Assembly: GCA_050178795.1 (NCBI GenBank)
Contig: JBFXFT010000004.1
Location: forward strand, 25,630 to 89,629
DNA: 64,000 bases
Reading direction: 5' to 3'
Origin: Spirochaetales bacterium
GTDB lineage: Bacteria > Bacillota > Clostridia > Christensenellales > UBA1242
In this document: one piece after another, positions 48,544 through 57,287 of the stretch
Position numbering within the stretch: the stretch's first letter is position 1
How the letters are laid out: every line of letters starts with the position of its first letter
Made by a program: the position numbers and the translations under genes
The notes under the pieces: generated by a model
Seen by the model: only the letters and a program-made list of their open reading frames with translations
What the model was told of the DNA's origin: nothing
The model's database searches: none

Positions 48544-48936
48544 ATGAAGCTATCAGCCAAGTCACGCTATGGTTTAAGAGCTATGTATTATTTAGGCAAA
48601 AACACGACAAATGAACCATTATCATTAAAGACTTTGGCAACGTTTAGTGGAGTAAGTGCCCCTTATTTAGAAAAACTTTTGGGAGTTTTGCGCGTAAACA
48701 ATTTAATTAAGACCACTCGCGGCATAAATGGTGGTTACGAACTTAGTAGAGGTGCTGAAAACATATCGGTCGGCGATATTATTAGGGCGCTAGAAGGCGA
48801 AGTATTAATTGTTGACTGTCTTGACGGTTGCACGAACACAAAATGTCCTAATAAGGCAATTTTTAGCAATTTGTATGATGAAATTAACAAAGTCTTAGAC
48901 AATACAAGTCTAAAGAGTATGATAGAAAATAATTAA
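48544..48936 (+). CDS. Rrf2-family transcriptional regulator (IscR/CymR-like)
   Basis: SAKSRYGLRAMYYL N-terminal wHTH; C-terminal Cys cluster CLDGCTNTKC; upstream of nifS-nifU. Confidence 0.85.
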   Translation: MKLSAKSRYGLRAMYYLGKNTTNEPLSLKTLATFSGVSAPYLEKLLGVLRVNNLIKTTRGINGGYELSRGAENISVGDIIRALEGEVLIVDCLDGCTNTKCPNKAIFSNLYDEINKVLDNTSLKSMIENN

Positions 48937-48947
48937 AGAGGAGTTTT

Positions 48948-50129
48948 ATGAAAAGAAGAGTTTATTTAGATGCAGCAAGCACAACCTATGTAAGCGGAGA
49001 AGTATTGCAAGAGATGTTGCCAGTTTTTGACACATTTTATGGCAACGCAAATAGCCTACATAGTTTTGGCAGAGAGGCGGCAGCACTTTTAGATGAGGCA
49101 AGGGACAAAATAGCAAAGGCAATAAAGGCAAATGCTAGTGAAATTTACTTTACTTCTGGCGGAACAGAGGCAAATAACTGGGCAATTAAAGGTTTAGCCT
49201 ACGCCAACAGAAAAAAGGGTAATCACATTATTACTTCACAAATTGAGCATCCATCTGTGCTTGAAAGTTGCAGACAATTAGAGCAAGAGGGCTTTAAAGT
49301 AACCTATTTGCCAGTTGACAAATATGGCATAGTTAGCCTAGCAAAACTTATTCACTACTTAGATAACGATACAATTTTAGTATCAATTATGACGGCCAAC
49401 AACGAGGTTGGCACAATTCAAAACCTAAATGCTATTGCAAAGACTGTAAAGGAGCGTGGGGTGTTATTCCACACTGACGCAGTTCAAGCAACAGGTAGCA
49501 TAAGTTTTGACGTAAAAAACCTAAATGTTGACGCTATGACGATGTCTGCGCACAAAATTTATGGACCAAAAGGCATGGGTGCTTTGTACGTTAAAAAGGG
49601 CGTGAAAATTAATAACCTACTTCAAGGCGGCAGCCAAGAATATTCTAAGCGTGCGGGAACAGTCAATGTGCCAGCAGCGGTTGGTTTTGGTAAGGCTATG
49701 GAAGTAGCAGTTAGAGATATGCACGCAAACAACCAAAAATTAAAAAGTTTGAGAGACTATTTTGTAAAAGAGTTAAACGCTAGAATAGAGGGCGTGCACC
49801 TAAACGGTCACCCAGTACAACGCTTACCTCACATTAGTAACTTTTCTTTTGACTTTATTGAGGGCGAGTCTATTATGCTTATGCTTGACCTTGAAGGCGT
49901 TGCGGTTTCTACAGGAAGTGCTTGTTCGTCAGGCAGTCTAGAACAATCACACGTTTTAAAGGCTATGGGTATTAGTCACGAACTTTCAAATGGGGCAATA
50001 AGGTTCTCATTTAATAAGGCAGTAACCAAAGAAGATATTGATTACACAATAGACAAATTAGAGGTAATTGTTAAAAAGTTGAGGGCAATTTCTCCTCTTA
50101 CAAAAAAATATAAAGGAGCGAAAGAATAA
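48948..50129 (+). CDS. nifS: cysteine desulfurase (NifS/IscS type)
   Basis: PLP lysine SAHKIYGPKG, active-site STGSACSSG. Confidence 0.9.
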   Translation: MKRRVYLDAASTTYVSGEVLQEMLPVFDTFYGNANSLHSFGREAAALLDEARDKIAKAIKANASEIYFTSGGTEANNWAIKGLAYANRKKGNHIITSQIEHPSVLESCRQLEQEGFKVTYLPVDKYGIVSLAKLIHYLDNDTILVSIMTANNEVGTIQNLNAIAKTVKERGVLFHTDAVQATGSISFDVKNLNVDAMTMSAHKIYGPKGMGALYVKKGVKINNLLQGGSQEYSKRAGTVNVPAAVGFGKAMEVAVRDMHANNQKLKSLRDYFVKELNARIEGVHLNGHPVQRLPHISNFSFDFIEGESIMLMLDLEGVAVSTGSACSSGSLEQSHVLKAMGISHELSNGAIRFSFNKAVTKEDIDYTIDKLEVIVKKLRAISPLTKKYKGAKE

Positions 50130-50587
50130 TGTATAGTAAAAAAGTTATGGATATATTTATGAACCCAAAAAATGTTGGTGAAATTCGTGGCGCTGAGGGC
50201 GTTGGCGAGGTAGGAAACGCCGCATGCGGGGACATTATGCGTATTTATTTAAAAATAGAAAACGACGTAATAGTAGACGCCAAATTTAAAACTTTTGGTT
50301 GTGCTGCTGCAATAGTTAGTACTTCAATAGCGACCGAAATGTTAAAGGGCAAGACTGTTGAGGAGGCTCTTCAAATTACTAACGAGCAAATTTTAAGTGA
50401 AATGGGAGAGATTCCAGCACAAAAAATTCATTGTAGCGTACTAGCAGAAGAAGCAATTTATGACGCCGTACAAAATTACAGGAAAAAGAAAGAGCGTAAA
50501 GCAAAAAAGAGCGGTACAAATGACGCTTCAGAAGAGGGCGAAACCGAGGAAAGTAGCGACGGCGATAGCGACATTGACGCAGAATAA
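50129..50587 (+). CDS. nifU: Fe-S cluster scaffold protein NifU/IscU with charged C-terminal tail
   Basis: GNAACGD, FGCAAAI, HCSVLA cysteine ligands. Confidence 0.9.
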   Translation: MYSKKVMDIFMNPKNVGEIRGAEGVGEVGNAACGDIMRIYLKIENDVIVDAKFKTFGCAAAIVSTSIATEMLKGKTVEEALQITNEQILSEMGEIPAQKIHCSVLAEEAIYDAVQNYRKKKERKAKKSGTNDASEEGETEESSDGDSDIDAE

Positions 50588-50590
50588 TCA

Positions 50591-50615
50591 AAAATAGCCA
50601 AATCGGCTATTTTTT
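50591..50615 (+). terminator. intrinsic terminator after nifU
   Basis: aatagcc/ggctatt stem followed by ttttt. Confidence 0.75.
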
Positions 50616-50711
50616 GTTAGAAAATAGTTTAGCGCAATAAAAAAACATAACAATTTTTGTTTTGATTATTGCGTTTTTTATGTTAAACTTTATGAGTATT
50701 AAGAGGTGATT

Positions 50712-51125
50712 ATGAGGGTAATGGCACTTGACTTTGGCGATGTACGAATTGGTATTGCCATGAGTGATGAGCTAAAAATACTTGCAACAGGTTTAGAAAC
50801 ATATTTAAGAAAAGACTTAGAGAGTGATATTAATTATCTTTCCGAGTTAATAAACAAAAATAGAGTTGAAACTGTTGTTATGGGGCTTCCACTAAATATG
50901 GACGGCTCAGAGGGCAAAAGGGTTGAAGTTACAAAACAATTTGCCGACGAACTTCTTAAACACATAACCGCTAAAATTGTCTATGTTGACGAGAGGCTTA
51001 CTTCGCTTGAAGCGCAAGATTTAATTATTGAATCTGTGCGTTCTAAAAAAAAGAGGCAACAAAAAGGTCTTGTAGACAAAATGGCAGCGACGATAATTTT
51101 GCAAAATTATTTGGATAGGCTTTAA
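50712..51125 (+). CDS. ruvX: putative pre-16S rRNA nuclease / Holliday-junction-resolvase-like YqgF
   Basis: ALDFGDVRIGIA motif. ATG 50712 after AAGAGG (the ORF-track GTG 50706 is less likely). Confidence 0.85.
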   Translation: MRVMALDFGDVRIGIAMSDELKILATGLETYLRKDLESDINYLSELINKNRVETVVMGLPLNMDGSEGKRVEVTKQFADELLKHITAKIVYVDERLTSLEAQDLIIESVRSKKKRQQKGLVDKMAATIILQNYLDRL

Positions 51126-51148
51126 GCCTGTATAAAAAGGAGAATTTT

Positions 51149-51496
51149 ATGAAAAAAGAAAAAGAAGCAAAAGTACAAAAAGAAGAACAAGAGTTAAGGA
51201 ATCCAATTGAGGCACTTTTAGATGCAGATGATGACTCACCAATCGTTTTATATGATGAGAACGACAAGGCAGTAACATTTGAGCAAGTTGCAATTATTCC
51301 TTTTAACAATAAGGCTTATGCAATTTTAAAACCAGCAGAGAAAATGGAAGGCGTTGAGGAAGATGAAGCAATAGTTTTTGCTTTATTTGAGGACGAAAAC
51401 GGCGAAGATATTTTGGCAGTAGAGCAAGACAATAACGTTATTGACAGAATATTTGAAGAGTACTACAGACTTCTAGATGAAGACGAAGGAAAATAA
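51149..51496 (+). CDS. DUF1292-family acidic protein (YrzB-like)
   Basis: Follows ruvX as in Bacillus; acidic, with the pattern VLYDENDKAVTFEQVAIIPFNNKAYAILKP. Confidence 0.65.
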   Translation: MKKEKEAKVQKEEQELRNPIEALLDADDDSPIVLYDENDKAVTFEQVAIIPFNNKAYAILKPAEKMEGVEEDEAIVFALFEDENGEDILAVEQDNNVIDRIFEEYYRLLDEDEGK

Positions 51497-51501
51497 CATT
51501 T

Positions 51502-51554
51502 AAAAACTTTAAATTTATGCTGGTTTAGACTTGGCACTAGTTTAAAGTTTTTTT
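51502..51554 (+). repeat. internally deleted copy of the structured repeat, acting as terminator (copy 6)
   Basis: Arms aaaaactttaaa/tttaaagttttt (12 bp). The loop retains tatgct..gtttagacttggcac, homologous to the P3-3'/CTGCTT/P2-3' part of copies 1 and 5. T-run 51548-51554. Confidence 0.6.
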
Positions 51555-51755
51555 ATGCATAAATGCCGTCAAAATGACACAATTTGAGCATTTTTTTTGC
51601 TCATTATCATTGATTTTTATTATTTAGTATGTTAAAATAAAGAGGTTCAAAAATTACACACCCATTGTTATTCTATGGCGGTTGCCAATTTTTTTTGGTT
51701 GTTATAGGAGTTTTAACGCAGTGGGGAGGTCAAAAAACAAGGAGGAAAGAAAAAA

Positions 51756-52640
51756 ATGTCTGTAATTTCAATGAAACAACTATTGGAAGCTGGTGTTCAC
51801 TTCGGACATCAAACTAGAAAATGGAATCCTAAAATGAAGGAATACATTTTCACATCTAGGAATGACATTCACGTTATTAACCTAGAAAAAACTGCTGAAC
51901 TTGTTGAAAAGGCTTATGCTTTTATGAAGGCAAGAGCAGAGGAAGGCAAAACTGTACTATTCGTTGGTACAAAAAAACAAGCACAAGATGCTATTAAGGA
52001 AGAGGCTGAAAGGTGCGGTATGTTCTACATTAATTCTAGGTGGTTAGGTGGTACTTTAACTAACTTTAAAACCATTAGAACAAGAGTAGACAGATTAAAC
52101 AAAATAGATAAAATGGAGACCGTGGGTGAATTTGACCTTCTACCTAAAAAAGAAGTAGTTAAATTAAAACTTGAAAGAGAAAAACTTGAAAAGAACCTTG
52201 GCGGTATTAGGGAGATGACACAACTTCCTGGCGTATTATTTATTATTGACCCTAAAAAGGAGCACATTGCAGTAAAGGAAGCAAGAGTTTTAAACATTCC
52301 TATTGTTGGTCTTGTTGACACTAACTGTGATCCTAACGATGTAGATGTTATTATTCCTGGTAATGATGACGCTATAAGGGCAGTTAAATTAATTGCTGAA
52401 GTTATGGCTAACGCTATTATTGAAGCACACGAGGGACAAACTGCAGAAGTAACTACTGAGGAACAAGTAGCAGAAGTTAAAGAAGCAGAGCCTAAAGTAG
52501 AAGTTGAAGAAGTAGTTGCAGCACCAAAACCAAAGACAGCAAAACCTAAAAAGGTTGCTGAAGAAAAGGTAGAGGAAGAGGCAAAACCTGCTAAAACAGC
52601 TAAACCAAAAAAAGCAACTGAAACAAAAGTTGAAGAGTAA
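51756..52640 (+). CDS. rpsB: 30S ribosomal protein S2 with K/E/A/P-rich C-terminal extension
   Basis: [19 protein letters not shown]; an ~65-aa tail follows the S2 body. Confidence 0.95.
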   Translation: MSVISMKQLLEAGVHFGHQTRKWNPKMKEYIFTSRNDIHVINLEKTAELVEKAYAFMKARAEEGKTVLFVGTKKQAQDAIKEEAERCGMFYINSRWLGGTLTNFKTIRTRVDRLNKIDKMETVGEFDLLPKKEVVKLKLEREKLEKNLGGIREMTQLPGVLFIIDPKKEHIAVKEARVLNIPIVGLVDTNCDPNDVDVIIPGNDDAIRAVKLIAEVMANAIIEAHEGQTAEVTTEEQVAEVKEAEPKVEVEEVVAAPKPKTAKPKKVAEEKVEEEAKPAKTAKPKKATETKVEE

Positions 52641-52674
52641 TAAATACTCATAAAAATATAAAAGGAGAATAATT

Positions 52675-53322
52675 ATGTTTACGGCACAAGATGTAGTAGA
52701 ATTAAGAAAACTTACTGGTGCAGGAATGATGGACTGTAAAAAGGCTCTAACAGAATGTAACGGCAATATGGAAGATGCAAAAGACTTTTTGAGAAAAAAA
52801 GGTGTAAGCGCTGTAGCCAAAAAGGCTGGAAGAATTGCCGCAGAGGGCATGATTGGTTCTTACATTCACATGGGTGGAAAAATCGGAGTACTAATTGAGG
52901 TTAACTCAGAGACAGACTTCGTAGCAAAGAACGAAAAGTTCCAAGAATTAGTAAAAGACCTAGCTATGCACATTGCCGCTTCTAAACCAGAAGTAGTAAA
53001 TACTGAAGACCTTTCTGAGGAAATGGTAAATAGAGAGCGTGCAATCTACAAAGAGCAAGCACTAGCAGAAGGAAAGCCTGCAAATATCGTTGATAAAATG
53101 ATTGAAGGCAGAGTAAAAAAATATTACAAAGAAGTAGTTTTAATGGAACAACCATTTATTAAGGACCCAGACAAGACTATAAGAGATGTAATGAACGACG
53201 CAACTTTAATAATTGGTGAAAAACTTGTAATTAGGCGTTTCACTCGTTATGAACTTGGCGAAGGTCTTGAAAAAAGACAAGACAATTTTGCTGAAGAAGT
53301 TATGAGTCAAGTTAAAAATTAA
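52675..53322 (+). CDS. tsf: elongation factor Ts (short form)
   Basis: ELRKLTGAGMMDCKKAL UBA-like N-terminus; 215 aa. Confidence 0.9.
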   Translation: MFTAQDVVELRKLTGAGMMDCKKALTECNGNMEDAKDFLRKKGVSAVAKKAGRIAAEGMIGSYIHMGGKIGVLIEVNSETDFVAKNEKFQELVKDLAMHIAASKPEVVNTEDLSEEMVNRERAIYKEQALAEGKPANIVDKMIEGRVKKYYKEVVLMEQPFIKDPDKTIRDVMNDATLIIGEKLVIRRFTRYELGEGLEKRQDNFAEEVMSQVKN

Positions 53323-53326
53323 TTTT

Positions 53327-53455
53327 AAAACTGTAATTTGGTTAAATTCATCGTTTACTGTGACACTTTGCTAAACAGTCATTGACATTAAAGTCAACTC
53401 CTGCTTAGACAAAATACCACGAGCCTTGACTTTAACGCAAATTACAGTTTTTTTT
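53327..53455 (+). repeat. structured repeat, full copy 5 (subfamily A, most diverged P2)
   Basis: P1 53327-53346/53431-53451; CGTTTACT 53352-53359; CTCCTGCTT 53398-53406; GAGCCTTG 53421-53428; T-run to 53455. Confidence 0.9.
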
Positions 53456-53531
53456 ATGCTCTAAATTTGATTAATGATGTAATATTTATGTATTTTAGTA
53501 AAATTAAAAAATATTACCAATAACACCATAT

Positions 53532-53548
53532 AAAATTACAGTTTTTTT
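53532..53548 (+). repeat. second copy of the 3' arm at the tsf locus (copy 5b)
   Basis: aaaattacagttttttt can pair with the same 5' arm 53327-53339. Confidence 0.6.
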
Positions 53549-53670
53549 ATGTGCTAAAAACCAATTATGTTATTTTATAATTTTCTTTTATTCTATTCAT
53601 TTGCTTTATTTAGTAAATTTTAGTAAAATTAAAAGAGTAACAAATATAATACAAAGGCGGATAAATTTAA

Positions 53671-54228
53671 ATGTACGATGAAGTTATTGAAGAGCTTAAA
53701 AGTGGCATAGAAAAGAGTTTACATTTTTATAGGAGCGAACTATCAACTGTTAGAGCTGGTAGAGCCAATCCTAAAATTTTAGATAGGGTAATGGTAGACT
53801 ATTATGGCAATCCTACACCACTTAATCAAATGTCTAACATAAGTGCTCCAGAGGCAAGGATGCTTGTTATTTCTCTATGGGACACCAGCATGATTAAGGA
53901 AGTAGTAAAGGCAATTAACGAGGCAAATTTGGGTTTAACTCCAAGTGATGACGGTAGAGTAATACGCCTTGTTTTTCCAGTGCTAACTACTGAGAGAAGG
54001 CAAGAATTTGTTAAGACAATAAGAAAAATGGCAGAGGAAGCAAAAATTGCGGTTAGAAATGAACGCAAAAATGCTAATGATATGCTAAAAGAAATGAAGA
54101 AGGAAAGTATTTTAACCGAAGATACCTTAAAGGTTGCTGAAAACGCAGTTCAAAAAGAGGTAGATGCAGCAACTGAAGATATTGACCTATTATGCAAGAA
54201 CAAAGAAAAGGAAATAATGGAAGTATAA
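53671..54228 (+). CDS. frr: ribosome recycling factor
   Basis: RAGRANPKILD motif; 185 aa. Confidence 0.95.
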   Translation: MYDEVIEELKSGIEKSLHFYRSELSTVRAGRANPKILDRVMVDYYGNPTPLNQMSNISAPEARMLVISLWDTSMIKEVVKAINEANLGLTPSDDGRVIRLVFPVLTTERRQEFVKTIRKMAEEAKIAVRNERKNANDMLKEMKKESILTEDTLKVAENAVQKEVDAATEDIDLLCKNKEKEIMEV

Positions 54229-54422
54229 TGGACTTTACAGAGTTTATTGGACGAAATAAAGAGTTGGTGCTTTCTGAACTTGAAAAACTTGGGTTTAAAG
54301 TTACATTAAAAGAAAACGGCACGAATTTAACAAAATATGATACAGAACTAGTCGTTAGAATAAAAGAGTTAAAAAATAACCATTTAGAGGTTCTAACCGA
54401 CCGATTTTTAATTGAAATATAG
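54228..54422 (+). CDS. hypothetical 64-aa protein, PASTA-like pattern
   Basis: TAATG coupling to frr. FIGRNKELVLSELEKLGFKVTLKE resembles a single PASTA domain. The ORF-track start 54192 lies inside frr. Confidence 0.45.
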   Translation: MDFTEFIGRNKELVLSELEKLGFKVTLKENGTNLTKYDTELVVRIKELKNNHLEVLTDRFLIEI

Positions 54423-54429
54423 GGGCAGC

Positions 54430-55164
54430 ATGAATATTTTTAAAAACAACGAAAAACTATTAAACAAAGACAAAATGCCTCGCCATATTGCGTTTATAAT
54501 AGACGGCAATGGGCGTTGGGCAAATAGAAGGGGTTTACCTAGAACAGTAGGGCACAAATATGGTGTTGAGGCTGTCGGTAATACCATTAAAAATTGTACC
54601 GATTTAGGCATAAAATATATGAGTTTTTATGTGTTTTCTACCGAGAATTGCAAGCGTCCAAAGGACGAGGTAGACACAATTTTTGACCTACTTAGAGAGT
54701 ACATAAAAAAGGACATATCTGAGTACAAAAATAGAGACATAAAACTTATGACAAGTGGCGATTTAAGCGCACTTCCTAAGGACATTGCAGACGAAATACG
54801 CTCGGCGGTTGAAAAGACAAAAGAGTGCAATAATTTTGTTGTAAATATTGCAATAAATTATGGCGGAAGAGCAGAAATTTTAAAGGCAATTAACGACATA
54901 TTAAAAGACGGCATAAACAGTGTAGATGAAACTTTATTTAAAGACTATTTATACACAAAAGATTTGCCAGATCCAGACTTAATAATAAGGACGAGTGGCG
55001 AGCATAGAACGAGCAATTTTATGCCGTATCAAGCGGTTTATTCCGAGTGGCATTTTCCTAGGGTTTTATGGCCAGATTTTAACAAAAAAGAGTTAATAAA
55101 ATCACTTTTAAACTATCAATCAAGAAACAGGCGCTTTGGCAATATCAAGACAGATAAAAGGTAA
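54430..55164 (+). CDS. uppS: isoprenyl transferase (undecaprenyl diphosphate synthase)
   Basis: HIAFIIDGNGRWA, RTSGEHRTSNF. Confidence 0.95.
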   Translation: MNIFKNNEKLLNKDKMPRHIAFIIDGNGRWANRRGLPRTVGHKYGVEAVGNTIKNCTDLGIKYMSFYVFSTENCKRPKDEVDTIFDLLREYIKKDISEYKNRDIKLMTSGDLSALPKDIADEIRSAVEKTKECNNFVVNIAINYGGRAEILKAINDILKDGINSVDETLFKDYLYTKDLPDPDLIIRTSGEHRTSNFMPYQAVYSEWHFPRVLWPDFNKKELIKSLLNYQSRNRRFGNIKTDKR

Positions 55165-55171
55165 AAATATT

Positions 55172-56125
55172 ATGAGAGAACGCACAATAACGGCAATATT
55201 TATAACACTTGGGTTAGCCCTTGCCTTTTTGTTTAGAGAGGTTAATTTATATGTTTTTGACGGCTTTATTGCAATACTTTCTATAGTTTGTGCGTTAGAG
55301 GTTTCGCGAGTGTTTTTGCGCTCTGGCAGAGCAAATTTTATGGGCTTAGAGGCAACTTTTGCCACGATAACTTTTATAATGACAATTTGGGGCATAAACG
55401 CTCAGTTTAGCCTTTCACAATTCATACTCGGCTATTTAATAATTTTAATAGTTATGTTCTCAATAAGTTTTGCTATGGGTTTCTTTAACAAAAGAACAGT
55501 GGAAGAAGATGAAAATTTTAAGGCATCAAAACTTGGAATATATGAATATTCCTACAAAAAGAGTATGTTGACCCTATTTATTATGATTTATCCAACACTT
55601 TTGTTTGTGCCTATGTATTTACTTAATCACATACAAGAACTTAACCTATTTACTGGTGCAGTAAACGCCTATACAGGTGTAAATTTGGGACTATTTTTAC
55701 TTGTAACAGTGTTCCTAGTCACTATGGCTACAGACACTTTGGCACTTTTAGTTGGAATGACGCTAAAAGGGCCTAAATTAGCACCGCTTATAAGCCCTAA
55801 AAAGACAATTTCAGGTGCTATTGGTGGACTATTTGGTGGAATGGTTATGGCTGTTGCCTTATTTTTACTCGCTAGTTGGTTTACACCACTTGGAGATGCG
55901 TTTAGTGCGGCAGGCATACAATTTTGGCTATTCATTATTTATGGCTTTGTAGCCTCAATAATAAGTCAAATTGGAGACCTATTTGCCTCATACATTAAGC
56001 GTAGGGCAAGGGCAAAAGATTTTAGTTCCGTGTTACCGGGACACGGCGGTTTTATGGACAGACTTGACGGCATACTTTTTAATGCCGTATTTAGTTTTAT
56101 ATTTTTTATGATTGTGCTTTTATAA
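55172..56125 (+). CDS. cdsA: phosphatidate cytidylyltransferase
   Basis: SYIKRRARAKDFSSVLPGHGGFMDRLD signature; multi-TM. Confidence 0.9.
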   Translation: MRERTITAIFITLGLALAFLFREVNLYVFDGFIAILSIVCALEVSRVFLRSGRANFMGLEATFATITFIMTIWGINAQFSLSQFILGYLIILIVMFSISFAMGFFNKRTVEEDENFKASKLGIYEYSYKKSMLTLFIMIYPTLLFVPMYLLNHIQELNLFTGAVNAYTGVNLGLFLLVTVFLVTMATDTLALLVGMTLKGPKLAPLISPKKTISGAIGGLFGGMVMAVALFLLASWFTPLGDAFSAAGIQFWLFIIYGFVASIISQIGDLFASYIKRRARAKDFSSVLPGHGGFMDRLDGILFNAVFSFIFFMIVLL

Positions 56126-56154
56126 AAGCAAAAATTTAATTTGAAGGAGAAAAA

Positions 56155-57261
56155 ATGGGCATATCACTATTAGCAACAACATTTACAGACCTATTATCAA
56201 ATGTCTTTTACATATTTATTGCAATATTAGTGCTTTTACTAATGATTACAATTCACGAATTAGGGCACTATTTGGCAGGTAAAAAACTTGGTTTTGGAAT
56301 AAAAGAATTTTCAATAGGTTTTGGAAAAAAACTTTTTTCACGCAAAAATAAAAGCGGTGAAGATTTTTCAATTAGGCTTATTCCACTAGGTGGCTACTGC
56401 GCTTTTGAAGGTGAGGACGAAGATGACAATGACAACCCTAAGGCCTTTAATAACCAAAAACCTTGGAAGAGGCTAATTGTGCTTTTTATGGGTGCATTTT
56501 TTAACTTTTTATCGGCAATAGTTTTTGCCGTAATTTTGCTTACTGCTTATGGCTATGACATTCCGCAAGTTGCAACAGTAGACGCAGAGAGCGCAAATTA
56601 TGGAATTATACAAGAAAATGATGTAATTTGGGGCGTAAACGGCGAAGAAATTAACTTTGTTACAGACACAAGTATAAGTGTTTTGCTTGCAGAGCAAACA
56701 GTTGGCGAGCCATTTACACTTAACATTGAAAGAGACCACGAAAAAATGGATATAACTGTTTCATTATATGCTGTTCCAGCACTTGACGGCGAGGGTCAAC
56801 CAGTTTTAGATGAGGAAAATAACCCAGTATTCAACAATGTTTTAGGGATAACAATAAAACTTTATGCCTTCCCATTCTTTGAGGCGTTAGGAAGGAGTTT
56901 TTACTTTGTCATAGGTATGGCTTATAAAATTTTAGCCTTCTTCTTACTACTAATTACAGGAAGGGCAAGTTTAAGTGCAATAGGTGGACCTATTACAACA
57001 ATCACTATAATCGCAAGTTATACTCAAGCAAGCCTTGCTGGATTTGTGGTTTTGCTACCTTTAATTGCAGTAAACTTGGCTGTATTTAACTTACTTCCTA
57101 TTCCTGCACTAGACGGTGCGCGAATGGTGTTTGTAGGTATTGAATGGATTAGGGGTAAGCCAGTAAATAGAGAACTTGAAGCAAAAATTCATACTATTGG
57201 ACTAGTGGTGCTACTTGCTTTTGTGCTCTTTGCGGACTTTTACCACATGCTATTTGCCTAA
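56155..57261 (+). CDS. rseP: RIP metalloprotease RseP/RasP
   Basis: HELGHY (HExxH), PDZ region, NLLPIPALDG. Confidence 0.9.
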   Translation: MGISLLATTFTDLLSNVFYIFIAILVLLLMITIHELGHYLAGKKLGFGIKEFSIGFGKKLFSRKNKSGEDFSIRLIPLGGYCAFEGEDEDDNDNPKAFNNQKPWKRLIVLFMGAFFNFLSAIVFAVILLTAYGYDIPQVATVDAESANYGIIQENDVIWGVNGEEINFVTDTSISVLLAEQTVGEPFTLNIERDHEKMDITVSLYAVPALDGEGQPVLDEENNPVFNNVLGITIKLYAFPFFEALGRSFYFVIGMAYKILAFFLLLITGRASLSAIGGPITTITIIASYTQASLAGFVVLLPLIAVNLAVFNLLPIPALDGARMVFVGIEWIRGKPVNRELEAKIHTIGLVVLLAFVLFADFYHMLFA

Positions 57262-57287
57262 TGATATATAATTAAAAGGACAAAAAA

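Noticed and set aside
52025-52850. 208-aa and 153-aa minus-strand ORFs over the rpsB tail and tsf start
   Set aside because: They are antisense to clearly identified S2 and EF-Ts. Their low-complexity S/F/L/C-rich translations arise from the K/E-rich tail.
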